This document shows, piece by piece, positions 49,722-63,001 of a stretch of DNA of 64,000 nt (within the stretch, counting starts at the first letter, position 1; each line of letters opens with the position of its first letter). This DNA comes from Moniliella sp. 'wahieum'. Taxonomy: Eukaryota. The position numbers were made by a program, and so were the translations under genes. The stretch lies in NCBI GenBank assembly GCA_003971905.1, contig RSEE01000061.1, positions 310,001 to 374,000 of the forward strand. The letters run 5' to 3'. The notes below the pieces were generated by a model. It worked only from the letters and a program-made list of their open reading frames with translations. It did no database searches and was not told where the DNA came from.

Positions 49722-51691
49722 CTATAGACCAGCTCCGACTCGAAGCGTTTTGGCACTGGCTTGTGTCCACCGCACGGGCGAAGGCGTACCTAGGCCACGC
49801 GGTGCTGGAGACGGTACGCATGGGCGCTGGCGGGGGGGCGAGTCGGGGTGCGGCGGCAGTGGCTTCCCCCACTCGGAAGAAGAAGTGGCAAGGGGGAGGC
49901 ACGGATCACCGTGCCACGTCGAGTGAGGAAGGAAAGAGGTAGGCTGGTACGGAAGGTAGGGCGGAGCGTCCGGGACCGTCTGGTGGTTAATGTCGTCGGT
50001 GCGAGGGGAGGTGTGCCATGCGACGCTCGATCCCGAAGCCAGTTGGTCTGCCAGCCCAGCAACCGCGTCGGCAGTCAAGGCGAAGGAGCCACGCAGGCCC
50101 AGCCGGCGTTTCAACAGGGCGTCGTCCGCCCCACCGCGCAGGACTGGCATGGACGCAGCATGTGATAAGGTCCGAGTCGGATCGCACATGCGCTGAGGCC
50201 AAGGCAGGGCTGCCTCATGCTGGGACGTAGGCATAGGTCGGGAGGCAGGTACGGGCGCCTGATTCGGCAGATGGGCAGGACCGTGGGATCGGAACTGATG
50301 CAACCAGGGCGGGATGTCTTGGGCGAACGTGTCCTTGCTCTGGGGTGGGTTGGTGAGCAACGCAGGCGAGGGGATGGGCGACGGAATGGGCGAAGACGGG
50401 ACGGGCGACGGGACAGGCGATGGGTTCGGGCTGGGTGCAGAGAGGTGAAGTGCATTATTGGTGTCCCAGAGCACGGTGCGGGAAGAGGCGGGCGAGGGCA
50501 AGGGCAAGGGCAAGGGTTTGTGCATGTCGTATTTGCTGTGAGGTTTTTGGCATGCTGGTTCTGCTGTACCAGAAGAAACCATGGACCGAGCGGGACCCCG
50601 AACGAGAGTGGAACGAGGGCGTACGCGGAGATAACAGCTGGCCTGAAGATCCAGAGTGTGGGAGTGCTGGCGGTAGAGGCAACCCCGACCGGGAGGGGTA
50701 CGGTGTTGGGGGTGGGCTGGCCAACTGCTGCGCCGTATGGGTCGCGGCAGCAGAGGCCTCCTTACTGCTTCCTGTACCGAACGAGACAGAGGCTCGAACG
50801 CGGGGTCCTACACGAAGAGGCAGCAGACGCGACCACAGCCCGCCCTTGGCCTTAGGCGACACGCGTCTCGACGGCGACGGCGCTGTTGAAGCGGCCGGCG
50901 ACCGAACCGCAGGCTGACGAACACCCGAGGGTGAAGCCGCCGAATCTTCTGAGAGCTTCCCCAAGCTGAGCTGGCTCTCGTGGGGACGACTCTGACTGGG
51001 GAAGCTGACCTTGGCCGGGCCTACCGGCTGCGGAGGCGGTGGAGGAGGCAGGGTCGGCAAGACGGGGGACTGCATCCGTCCGCGCGGCGGCGACGGCGCC
51101 AATCCAGATTGAGGCTCGGGGTGCGGTTGGGGTGAGCCTGGGAGGATGCCCAGCAGTGGCGCCAGCGTGGCGGCCCAGCCAGTGGCCGTCTGCACGTCCT
51201 CCACGCGAAACACAAGCGTGCGTCCTGCGTTGCGGCCGCTACGCTCCGACCTGTATCGGCATCGGACCAGCGCACCGCACTGCCCACCGTTGGCCCTGTG
51301 TGTCGGCCCGGAGGAGGGGGGCGAGCAGCTCGACTTGCCATGCATGGGCACCCAACTTGGAAGACAGCTCGGGGGAGGTGACGGACCGCTTGGTGATCCG
51401 CTGCCACGGAGTGCTGCTGTTTGCACGGCTGTGAGAGACGGGTGGAGTCGTGGGCGACACGGGCCGCGGCGTGCCAGCGGGGTGGGGCGAGGTAGAGGCG
51501 CTGGGCACGGTGCGGGTGCGGACGACGGTGAAGGCTGCCAGGTCTACTTGGGCACTTGCGCTGGCCGGCGGAGGGAGGTGGATGGCGAGGGTGGTAGGGG
51601 TAGGAAGGGAGGCCCAGCCGGGAGTCCAGCTGGGCGCAGAGCTGGTGGGGGCGGGCGGCAGAGCCCAGATGGCGCTGGGCAGGAGGGACAT
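49722..51691 (-). CDS. Pro/Ser-rich protein with a possible N-terminal PH-like domain
   Basis: WTPGWASL..TLAIH, QVDLAAFTVV, WQVELL and RTLVFRVEDVQTATGWAATL resemble PH strands plus the C-terminal W-helix. The remainder is low complexity; boundaries uncertain. Confidence 0.5.
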
Positions 51692-52482
51692 GGGGTGGTA
51701 GGGAAGAAGAAACGGAGGCGAGGGCGATGGTGGGAGGCAGTGTGGGGTCCACAACAGGGCCAGACGCCGGTGGAGGCTGATGCTTGAAGAACTTGTCTGG
51801 AGGGAGGTGGATCGCGCTGAGACTTGGTCCGTGTGTCGTCGATTGCTGGTGGGGTGGCTGCAGTCGGCTTACTCTTCGAGGCAGAAGAGGCCGAAACGAA
51901 AACAAATACAAAGAAGAACTGTGGGATGGCCACCATACTTACTGTGTACGCTATGCGGCCACCAGGTCCCTCTGGATTGCTCCGTTTCCTCAGCCACACG
52001 CTCTTGTTGATGTTTAGCGTTTATTTACTCGATCCACCGGCCACCAGCCACCGCGGACGCCCGAGGTGACCGGTGACCACGGAGGGTGCATGCTGATTCA
52101 GAACACCGACATGGGGGCGCTGGGCAAACGCTTAGGACCGTTTCTGCGTAGAACAAGAAGGGCAGGTACCGGGACGGGCAGGGCCCGATCCGATTCTCGT
52201 TTTGCTGTCGTCCATCGGAGCTTGTCGAGAGGCGCCCCGCCGCCACAAAGAAGTAAGAAGCTGTTATAGGCAGGCTAGTGTTGCGACGGTGACTATATGA
52301 CCGGCTTCACCGATTGTGGAGCAATGATTAATGGCTGACTTTACCGATCTTGGAGCACTTCTCAGGCCTCAGACCCTCAGGCCTCACTAGCCCCGAGGCG
52401 CAGGCCTGACGTGCTCCCGCTGAAGTGGCGGTGTGGGCAGGTGTGGGTCGCACCGCCGCACAGGCGTGACCAATGACGGTGA

Positions 52483-52512
52483 GCGGTAACCGGTAACCGG
52501 TAACCGGTAACC
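52483..52512. repeat. Period-7 array (CGGTAAC)x4, i.e. palindrome ACCGGT + A
   Basis: cggtaaccggtaaccggtaaccggtaacc read directly; a related ggtgaccggtgacc lies at about 52065. Confidence 0.92.
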
Positions 52513-54821
52513 TCCAAGCTGGAAGATGCTGGAAACTGAAATTGAAGACAGAAGCATCTGCGTCTTCGTGGCGCCTATGATACTGGCCAGGGGCTGTTTT
52601 GGCTTGCCTGTCCATTTCGATATTCGTCCAGAAGGCGCTGATCGGACCAGCCCGATGTTCTATACAGACTTCGCGCAACTTTTGGTTGGACCGCCCCGAC
52701 CGGAAGCCGAGCATTACTGAAAAGTACTGAGACGGATGTGCATGCGACCCTCGGTCTTCTCACGAGAGGTGAGATCGAGAAGTGAGCATCCCGCCGCCAC
52801 AGACCCTCTGGACCCGTCGTCTGATGACCTACTGTTTGCGACAGCAGCTGATGTCATCATGTCGCCGACCGCTGTCAAAACGAGTCAACATATATGTCCG
52901 TTTCAGCATCGCATAGAAAAAGATCGCAGCTGCTCAGCCAGCCCTCAACGTCCCCAACTTCAGGCTGTCGCATGTGTGGAGAGCGATGGGGCATGTGGGA
53001 TCGGGGCCCCTCCACCGGGTCACATGCCCCCATCTCCCACTGTAGAAGACCAGAGAGCACAGAGTTGATGGGTGTATTGCATTGCACACGAGCTACAGAG
53101 GCTACAGAATATTCCTGCCCTCCAAGAAGGAAAATTGGAAGGCATTGACCGGAAGGGTCCGAGCTTGTTGGGCTTCCAGCGCCATGGTACCAGTGTGGCG
53201 GGCGGGGCAACGTGGGTGACCGGGGGCGACCTGTGAGGAGGAGTGAGAGATTCTGTGGCCTGAGGGGGGGTTAGGGTGGGGAGATACGAGTGAGAGCCAA
53301 GTGCAAAGGGAGGCAAAGAATGTATTGGTAGAGACGAGGGGACAGGATCGGCGAAGTCAGCTAGTCGACGTTGAGTTCACTGGCGTCCAACTTGAGCTCA
53401 AGCTCCAAGCAAGCTTCAAGCTTCAAGCTGGTCCGTGAGACCCGGTGCCGGTCGCTTCTTCGGGCGGAAGAGTCCCCTCCGCAGACTGCACACTCCCTGC
53501 TCGCCCCATCTGCCTTCTTGGCATCCGGTCTCTTTTCCTTCAGACGCCCGTCGAGCTTGGACTTGAGGCTTTTTGAAGAGACGTTGGCGCTCGCCATTTT
53601 GTCCTGTCTAAAGTCAATCTGAGACCTGAAGACCTGGGCGGGCGGCACCCGTTCCGCCTCTGTTCCGCCCCTCCCTGTAGATGACGTGTGGCACACGACA
53701 CACGGCACACTACGTCAAGACACTGACAGGGATGGAGGACTGAGCCATTGATGATCGATGATCCCCGACATCTCCGGCGGGGTCTATTTTTTTTGTTTTT
53801 TTGTTCTTGAGCGCAAGCTTTGATTCTTCTGCCTGTTTTGTACATTTCAAGTGATAACGCCGCCAGTCCATACGACGGTGGCAGTGACAAAAAGTGGCTA
53901 GTGGCAGGGGATCCCACACGATTTGGACGTTGTACCTAGCGGAGATGTCGCCAAGCCGATTTTTTTTGCTCGGCTGTGGCAGGCGCTGGCACTCGGACAG
54001 CGAAGCCCAATCTGCATGGCCGCCAGCAACGGAGGGGCGCGAGCGATATCGCTGCCCGCCCAGCGCCCACCGTCCAATGTTCTGTACGTTGCAACCCATC
54101 GTCGATAGGGGACAGCCGATAGTCGATAGCCGATAGCGATAGCCGATAATCGATCGTCTGGGCAATCGCTGATCGATAAGCGCAAGGCAGAAGGCCGCAG
54201 ACTCAGCAGCGCGGCAGTGGCCTGGTGGCCTGGTGGTGAGGCCGGAGCAAAGCGGCGCCGCCCCCCGGGGAGCCAATTCTCTGGCGCTGCGCTGGGGTTG
54301 GCGGCAGGCACCGGGCGGCAGGAGGCAGCAGCACCAGTGGGGCCCGAGGATAGGCTCCGGTGGTTGGGGCGCTGGGTGCTGCGGCTGGGCGCAGGGCCAG
54401 TGCTCGGCAGCTGCAGGCAGTTGCAGGAGATGGTTGCCGAGACAGGCGCCATGTGGCCGCTGGGAGCACATGCAGCCGCGGGCAGGGGGCCAGTGCCTGC
54501 GCGTGCACACAGCGCTGTGGCGGCTGCTCTGTGCTCGGAGTTGCTCGTGTCTGTTCCACCACTGGCACTTACTTGCTCTCGGGGTTGCTGTTGCTGGTGC
54601 TGCTGGTGCTGCTGCTAACCTGTTTTCAGTTTTCTGCACCCCCACCTCCATCTCCCCATCTCCCCCCCGCTGCTCCGCGCCCAAACCACCGCCTCTGCCC
54701 GGGGGTTGGATATGTTTGGCTTGCCGCTCTACCCTCACGTCCCTGTTCTCCAGACGCACAACCGCACTCGGTGCATCTTTGCGTATCCTTATCCCCGCGG
54801 TTGAGCTTCTCGCCTCCCACC

Positions 54822-57752
54822 ATGGACGCCGCCCCTGCTGCCACGTCCCCCGACCACACCTCCAAGCCGTCGCCTGCCTCGCCCGCCGCCAGCAGCACGC
54901 CCTCGGCGGCCTCTGCCTCGGCGTCTGCCTCTGCCTCTGCTGCTGCCTCCAAGCCCTCCCGCCCCAGGCCCCAGGCAAAGGACCGCCCCCGCGCCCGCGC
55001 GTGACCCGCACGCGCCGCGGATGCCTCACCTGCCGCGCCCGTCGCAAGAAGTGCGATGGGGAGAACGAGGACGTACGTGTGGCTGCCCTGCTGTGTGTGT
55101 TGCGAGGCGCGTGTTCCCGGCTGACTGACTGCTGCTCTCGTGTGTCGGCCCGCAGCAACGCGACCCGGTGACGGGCGGGTGCATGCGCTGCCGGCGGGCG
55201 GGGTTTGAGTGCCTCGGCTTCCCTCCGCTCAAGCGCGTCCCCGGCTGGGCGGCTTCGCCCGAGTACGAGCGCGCGTCGGCCACGGCGTCGTACCAGGCCA
55301 CTCTCCCGCTCGCCTCGCCCATGCTGCCCCCGGCGCCGCGCAGTGTCCGCCTGCGCCCCTACCCCCCCCCGACGTGCACGCGCCCCCCCGCGCCCCTGCC
55401 CTTCTCGCCCATGCCGCCGCCGCGCGACCTGTCCTTGAGCCCCACGGCCCAGGCCACCGCGCCCATCTCCCTCGCCCTGCCCTCCCACGCGCCCCCGGCC
55501 ACAGTCGGCGCAGGCACCGTCTGCCCACGGTCGGCGACTGCCTCCTCTCCGGCCGCCCGATCTGCGACAGCTGTCTTGCCGCCATCCACCCGCTGCCCGC
55601 GCAGCTCGACGGCCTTGCCACCCCCACCGGCCCCGCCCTGGCCGGCGACTTGAACCAGCCAGGCCTCCAGATGCCCGTCCCGCTCGACCCCGCCTGGGCC
55701 GTGGACCCTGTCGTCGACTTGGCCGCCGCAGGCAGCATGCCGTCTCTGTCTGCCATGATGCCACCCACCGCCTCCACGCCCCTCGCCTCCTCCTCTTTCT
55801 CCAACTTCTCCACTGCATCCACTGCACCCTCTGCTGCCCCGGGACCGCAGGCCGGCCCTTCCCCTACGGCCCTCCCCCATGGCCCTTCCCCGACCGCCAT
55901 GCAGGGCACGCCTTGGCCCAGCACCAAGGAGAGCATCCTAGGCTACTATGGGGCGGTGATTACGTGTTGGGTGGAAGGGTGCCACCCCTCGCAGATTGGC
56001 CACAGCCGTTTGTTTGAGGGCATCGTCCGCTCTCTTTTTGCCCAGATCGACACCCAGGCCTACGTTCGCTTGTCGGTCGCCGCGGTGGCAGCCTGTTACA
56101 TTGGCGGCGAACAGCTGCGGTGGCCCGAAGACCTGAGTTTGATCCAACGCTGGAGTGCGGGCCTTCGACGTGATTCGCTCGAGCTCCCTCGGTTGGATCC
56201 GCCGAAAGACAAGTCGGACCTGCTTTCCTCCCCCAGTGCTGGGACACAGCAAGACCCTTCGCTTCATTCTCAGCAGACACTCCACCAGCACCTCGATCGT
56301 CATTTGACGAGCTACAGCTACCACTTGCGCCGCATGGCATCCCAGGCGGTAGACGACGAAGTGAACGCTGTCCGCACCGGTCCCCTCACCAGCTGGCCTA
56401 ACCCAGACGGTACGATTGATTTGGAGGTGGTGAAGCGATACGACAGTTTGATCCTGGCTGCGATGAACCTGGCTATTTTTGATTGGGCCGAGGTGAGCAT
56501 CGACGCCTACTTTGCTAGTTTGGACGAAGCCATTCGGATTGCTCACCTCATCTTGGGTGGCAATCGACGGCTGTGCTGGTCCAAGTGCCACGGGGTGGAG
56601 ACGCTGGGCTTGTCGATGCTCGTCTGGGCAGATACGTCGTCCGCGCTTGCCCGGGGCACACGCCCTTACTTTCTGCTTGACATTGAGCAGTCACCCGACC
56701 AGAAGGAATCCAAGCGCGCCCGGCCGCATGGCCAGCCATCGAGCAACACGTTGGCGGAGGAAGATACAGCATCGGAACAGTTCCCGCTTTCGTACGTCTC
56801 CCCTGCGCCATCATTTGTTGGTTGTTCCTACCGTGCTGACCTGTTCTGTTCTGTGTGTACGTAGCCCGTTCAACTGCCCTGACTTGCTACTCAAGTGTCT
56901 GTCGGACATTGCCCACTTGCGCAGCGAGTGCGATGTGACCCCCTCGCTGGGCGACCTAGGAGGCAACCCGGGCCTGTCCAACCCTTCTTCCCTGTCGGCA
57001 GCCGGACTTGCTGCGGTGCTGGATGCCGCCGAGGCTGCCTCGGACGAAGAGGAAGAGAGGATGACGAGTATGAGGACGAAGACAGCCTTACCAGCTCGCC
57101 CAAGAAGGCCAGTGCGCCCGTCGGGGTTGGGCTGCACGATGGGGACATGGGTGGGGAACTGCGGGACGCACGGGGCGAAGCGTCGCTGGGCAAGCACTTG
57201 CCTGCGCCCTTGCGTCGTCGTGCCAAAGACATCCAACGCACACTTGGATCGCAGGCCATGTTGGCCGTCACCCGCGCCCAGTCCTACTACGGTTCCCCCG
57301 GGTGCGCCGAGATGGTGCGACTGGCAGCGCAGCTGTTGCTGTACCAAGCTATCTATCGTGTCGGCCCGCTCTTCCCTTCGGTACGGCGGTGCGTGCGGCA
57401 AGTGCTGCACGTGTGGACCAACTCGCAATTCGAATTGGTGCCCGACCTGGCCAGCAGTGTGGGTGCGCCCGATGCGCAAACCACGTGGCATGGCGCGCGC
57501 GAATTCTGCGTCGCGGTCGGCTGCGGCAACTACTTGTTCCCCATGTTCATGGCTGCCGCCGCCGCGCTGACGGCGGAAGAACGCGCGACGTTCCGAGACG
57601 CGTTGACGGTGATTGGCCACAACGAGGCGGCTCCAGCGTCCACCAGGGACGCCGTATGGAAAGCGTGGACCGCCGCGCGCCGCACGGGCTACTTTGTCCA
57701 TCCTCTCTTCAACCTCGTTCCGGCCGGCCAGGCCAAAGTCGGGTTCTTTTGA
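54822..57752 (+). CDS. Zn(II)2Cys6 transcription factor with fungal-specific C-terminal domain
   Basis: TRTRRGCLTCRARRKKCDG / GGCMRCRRAGFECLGF split by intron 55073-55155; second intron 56792-56864. C-terminal motifs LVWADTSSALARG, FNCPDLLLKCLSDIAHL, RLAAQLLLYQ and LFPMFMAA. Confidence 0.9.
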
Positions 57753-58776
57753 GGATGTGAGAAGGAGCTGGCCCAAGGGCGGCAAAAGGGAGGGTGTACC
57801 GTTTCTTTTCTTTTTTCTTTTTGTCTTGACTTGTTTGTTTTTTTTGTTTTTGCCGGCGGCCTGCCCCCCTTCCCCCTTGGTGGGTGCATGTGCAAGGGGG
57901 CCGTGCGGGAGGATGGCGGTTGGGTTCCCCCCTTTGCAGTGCTGGTGGGGTGGTTGTTTGGCTGCTTTTTTGTTTTTTTTGTTTTGCTTTGCCCCGAATG
58001 GTGAACCCTCCCCCCATGGTTTCGCACTTGCCCCGTGGAGTTGGTGAACGTTGAACAGCCATGGACTGTTACCTCAATAATCGATAATCGTTGATCGTGG
58101 AATGTTGAATGCCAAATGTGAGAAAGGTGGAATGATGAATGATGAACAATGCGGATCGATGGATGGGGCAATGCTCGGAGACGGCAAGGATGGATGGCTG
58201 GGCTTAGGATTCTACATAGATCTTTGAGGCTGTTGTGGGACTGAGTGATTGTCCCACATGTGGTACTGTTGCCTGAACCCACAAAGGCCTGTGCTTGTGT
58301 ACCCATTCCGCCACCCGCTCGCCCCGTTTGTCGCGTCTCATGGCATGCATGTCACGTCAGAAAGGCGAGATGGTCGTTGCAAAACACACCCCCGTCACTG
58401 TCACCATTCCCATCGCCATTACCATCCCACTGGCACCCCCTTTGGCACCATCCCTTGGGTCTGTGGGCGTCGTGCCTTCCAAAAGGGATCCTGCTCGGCT
58501 AGGTCGTTGCGGTAGTGAGTGACCAGCAAGAGTAGGATACGCCTGGCATGGTATTCAAGAGCAAGCCAGGCGGGGGCACTGTAGGCGGGCCCCGTGCCTG
58601 TTCGACCTTGCGTGCTCCCGGGATGATCGATGAATGTTGCACGGGAACCGAGTGGAGAGGGAGCGCACACGACTGCCGGGTGTGGGTCCGATCCGCTCGC
58701 CCTGTAGGGGGGGTGGTGGAGAGGGGGGCGTGCACGGGCCTCCGCCGCTGGGCTGCTCTGGGTGGTTGTGGCTGCC

Positions 58777-58792
58777 ATGCATGATGCATGAT
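58777..58792. repeat. Period-7 array (ATGCATG)n
   Basis: atgcatgatgcatgat about 170 bp upstream of CAND1; followed by gatgatcgatga. Confidence 0.8.
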
Positions 58793-58959
58793 GTGTGACG
58801 CAGGATGGATGATCGATGACCGCGGTGAGCTGCTGACGTATGCCCCTGGCAGTGGGCAGCGCAGCCGTCGAGAGCCGTAAAGCACAACGCCTCCACCTCC
58901 ACCTCCACCCCTCCTCCCACCACCACCACCGCCATCCCCACCACCCCTTGGCTGCCACC

Positions 58960-61900
58960 ATGGTGCTCACCGCCCGCGTCATCCAGCCGCTGCTGGACAA
59001 GATGAAGTCCAGCGACCCCGACCTCCGGTGCGTCTCCCCTGGGCCCAGCCTATCGCCTATCCCCCGGCCCTGCGCTGACCCAGCCCCCCATCCCTCCTCT
59101 CCCATCCCCCACAGGTACATGGCCCTCTCCGATCTCTACAAGGAAACGTCCAAGCGCGAGGCCGACAACATCGACCCCCACATCGAAGCATCCCTGGTCA
59201 GCCAAGTTCTCGAGTTTGTTACCGACGTTAACGGCGACGTGAAGAACATGATGATCCAAGTGTATGTGCCCCTCCTCTCCTCGCTTCGCTTCGTCGGCAC
59301 CCTTTCTTACCCGTCTTGCCTCTAGCCTAGGCTCCCTTGTCACACGCATCTCCGAGGCACAGCGCTACGTGATTGTCAACAGCCTCCTCTCCTATACCGA
59401 AGGAACCGACGAGGAGCAGCGTGACCTCTCCTCGCTCGGCCTAAAAAAGGTAGTCCAGCAACTTCCCAACCAATCCAAGTCGGCCACCATCCTGGTCGCC
59501 AAGGTGGCCAACCGTCTGGTGGAGAAGGTGGTCCCACGAAAGGGGGCAAGCCAAGGCCTGCTCACCGATAGCCTCGACATCACAACCGAGATCTTTGAAC
59601 GTTTCGCCCCCCTGTCCAGGGATCAAAGACGCTCCAAACCACCTCCCTTGACGCCTTTTTGGTGTGCTCTCCCACCCGAATGCGGGCGTCCGAAAGAGGG
59701 CATTATTGCTCTCAGCGCCCTGGGACGCTCAGCCGCGTCCGATGTGTTCACTGAACTCTGCTCGCGCACCCTGATTCAACTCCAACGCGGCACCTCCGAC
59801 GCGCGCCGCACCATGGTTCAGCTGATCGGTGTTTGGCCAAGTCGGCCCCCGCGTCGGATTGGCCGCCGACTTCCCGAGTTTGTCCCCGTTATCCTTCCCC
59901 TTGCTGAGCTGGATGGGAGCGAAACGGATGCAGATCTGGTCGAGAGCTGTCTCTTGACGTTGGAGCAGCTGTTGAGTTACTGTGCCCTGAGATGACTCGC
60001 TTCGTGGACCGCTGCGTTTTTGCTGCCTTGAATGGGCTCACGTTTGACCCCAACTATGCTGGGGATACCGGGGACGACGACGACGAGTACATGGACGACA
60101 ACTTTGCCGATAGTGATGACGAGCTTGACCTTGAGGACTATGGCGATGACGAAGATAATTCGTGGAAGGTCCGTCGGGCCTCAGCCCTCGTCCTCGAAGC
60201 TGCCATCAAGGAGGCATCTAAGAACCGCCACCCCGAACAACTCGCCCAGCTTGCCGACAAGCTTACCCCGGCCTTGGTTGCGTATTTCGGAGCGGAGCGA
60301 GGAAACGGTACGGATCGATGTGATAAAGGCGCTGATCGCATTGCTGCAGGCAGCGGCGCAACCAAGCCAGAACGACACGGCCCGGCGGCGGTCCCCTCAC
60401 TTGGCGCAGATGCTCTTAAACGCAAGTTTGGCGATATGGAGATGAGCGACGATTTGACCCCGCGGGGGCGGATCGCAGCCTTGGCCCCATCCATTTGCAA
60501 GAGCGTAGACAAGGAGCTTTCGTCCAAGAGTGTCGAGACCCGTACCTATTGTCTCTCACTTTTGCGTCATCTTATCCTGCTCCTTCATGGCGGATTGGAC
60601 ACCTATGTGGCCACGTTTCTGGCCAAGATCGACGTGGTTCTTAAGGAAACAGCGAGCACCGCAAGCGACAGTGCTTCGCTCAAGGTGACCTGCTGGGCTT
60701 ACTCACCCTCATCTTCGATCTCCACCCAGCCTCGACCTTTGAGAACGAGCTGGGACAGGTCCTCCCTTTCCTGGTCAGTTCGATCGGGGATAACCTGCAC
60801 AAGATCTCGTCTGCCGGCCTGGCTACTACTGCCTCCCTCGTGGCACCGGTCACAGCAGGTTCCCCAGGAGACCAGGTGGACCATAGTCAGTTGGTCCGTC
60901 CCCTCTATTCGGCTGTGATAGGACGACTGGAACGTTCGGACGCCGACCAGGCCATCCGTACTGATGCACTTCATACTCTCAGTGTCATCCTTGCCAATGC
61001 CGGTGGGGAAGTGGAGGACCAATATCCAACCTTGCTTCCGTTGCTCTTGGACCGGCTGCACAATGAGACCACGCGTCAGGCCACGATCAAGCTTGTTGTG
61101 GCCATGCGCGGCTCGGGTCGAAATCAAGGGGCCCCAGGTGGACGCCTTCTTCGCTTCGTGCGTCACCGAGCTGGCAAGCCTGCTCCGCCACGCTCAAACC
61201 GAGATCAAGTCCGAAGCCCTGACCGGTTTGGCGGCCATCATTCCCTACCTTCCCTCGCTCGACAGGGAAACTGCCTCGCTCATCCTCAACTCGCTTTCGT
61301 TTGATGCCCCCCTGCTGCCTCTTTCGCTCCAGGTGATCGATGCAACGCTTGCGACCCAGCCCGCCGCCCAATCCGAATTCCTCTCCTCGGCCTGGCCCAA
61401 ATTGAGGGCAACGGTGCAGAGCCCACTCCTGCTGACCACCACCATCGCCTCCCTTCTCGACTTCTTCTCCACCTTGGCCACGGTGGCCCCGGCGTTATTG
61501 CCATCAGTGTTGGAGGATCTCTTCTCCGACGCCAAGGCGGTTGATAACGTGCTGGCCACTGCAGCGGATACTTCTTCCCCATAGCGGCGCAGGGGCGCAC
61601 ATTCACCGCCCTCCAAACCCGCACGGTAACCGCCAAGGCCATTGGTGCATCGCTACGCTCCAATGTCCCTACTGAATTGGTCATCAAGGCGGTGGCAACA
61701 GGCCAGGCGTGCCTCCAGGCCCATGATGAGTTGTCTGTTCTCTTTGGTCTGATTGTGCTCGGTGAGATTGGGCGGGGGAAGGACCTGGTGACGGGCACGG
61801 GATTGTTGGACGAGATCCTTGCCTACTGGTCTTCCGAATCGGAGGAGGTGCGTCGGACTGCTGGCATATCCCTGGGAGCGCTTGCGTTGGGAAACATGGC

Positions 61901-63001
61901 CGCTGTGTTGCCTGTGATCCAGGCTAAGCTGGGAGGGGACAGTCGTGACCAATCCTTAGCTTTGACCGCACTAAAGGAACTGATTGTCGGTGTGACGCTC
62001 CCCCCTCCTACTCCCAACACCTTGCGCGAACCACGGGGCCGGGGGATCTCCCCCATGGCTGCCACAACGGTTTCCTTACCAGCTAGCATCTTTACCATGC
62101 TAGCCTCGGCGGCCAAGGCAGGCGACGAGGCCAACCGAGTTTTGGGCGCGGAATGTCTGGGCCGGCTGACATTGACCGACATGATGCGCTACCTTCCGCA
62201 ATTGGTGGATCTGGCCAAGCAGGCCGACTCCTCATCGAAGCAGGTGGCCCTGATTGCGCTCCGCATCACGCTCACGGAGCCGCGGGGACGTACGACACAC
62301 TGCTTGCCTCGTCGGTGTCCACGTTTTTGCACTGGCTCTCCGACCCGGACCATGCGGTGCGGCGCGAAGCCGTGCGGGCCTTCACCAGTGTGGCCTACAA
62401 CAAGCCCCATCTGCTGCGAGACACGGTGGGGGAGATGATGCCGGTGGTGTATGAGCAGACGCTGCCTCGGGCCGAGCTGCAGCGCTCTATCCCCATGGGT
62501 ATCTTTTCCATGACGATTGACGATGGGTTTGACCTGCGCAAGGGCGCGTTCGATGCGCTGCTCACGCTGCTGGATTCGTTCCTGTACACCAAGATTGACT
62601 TGGCCACCTACACGGATGCCGTCGTGGCCGGGCTGAACGATAGCGACGCCAGTATCCGCTCCTTGTGCGGGATGATTCTGGTGCGCTTGACTGCAATTGC
62701 GCCCGAGCAGGTGGCGAGGAAGGTGGAGCTAATTGCGGCGCACTTGATCACCATCTTGCGCACCAAGACAGTGGTCAAAAATGATGCAACGCAACAAGAT
62801 CTGGAGCGGGTAGCCGAGGCGCAGAACACCGTCTTCCGCACCACCGTTGCTCTCACTCGGGGGCGGGGACGGCGTGTCGTTGGCAGACGCGCCCCGGTTT
62901 ACCGAGTTGCTCAAAGAGTGCCACTCGGAGAAGAATCAGCGCGCGTTTGAGGAAGTGGAAAGGCGGCTGTGCAAACGACCTCGGTCGCATCGCGCGGGTA
63001 A
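58960..63001 (+). CDS. CAND1: Cullin-associated NEDD8-dissociated protein 1 (CAND1/TIP120), HEAT repeats
   Basis: LLDKMKSSDPDLRYMALSDL, DVNGDVKN, FDPNY..DDEDNSWKVRRAS, LLLDRLHNETTR, LGEIGR, AECLGRL and IDDGFDLRKGAF. Introns 59028-59114 and 59262-59325; many frameshifts; stop approximate. Confidence 0.95.

Noticed and set aside
53710..55827. 705-aa minus-strand ORF
   Set aside because: It is the antisense shadow of the GC-rich Zn2Cys6 gene and its promoter; the translation is Arg/Gly/Ala-rich with no domain.
54822..57752. Zn2Cys6 factor as regulator of a secondary-metabolite cluster
   Set aside because: There is no PKS, NRPS, terpene synthase or tailoring gene in the window; its neighbours are CAND1 and a PH-like gene.
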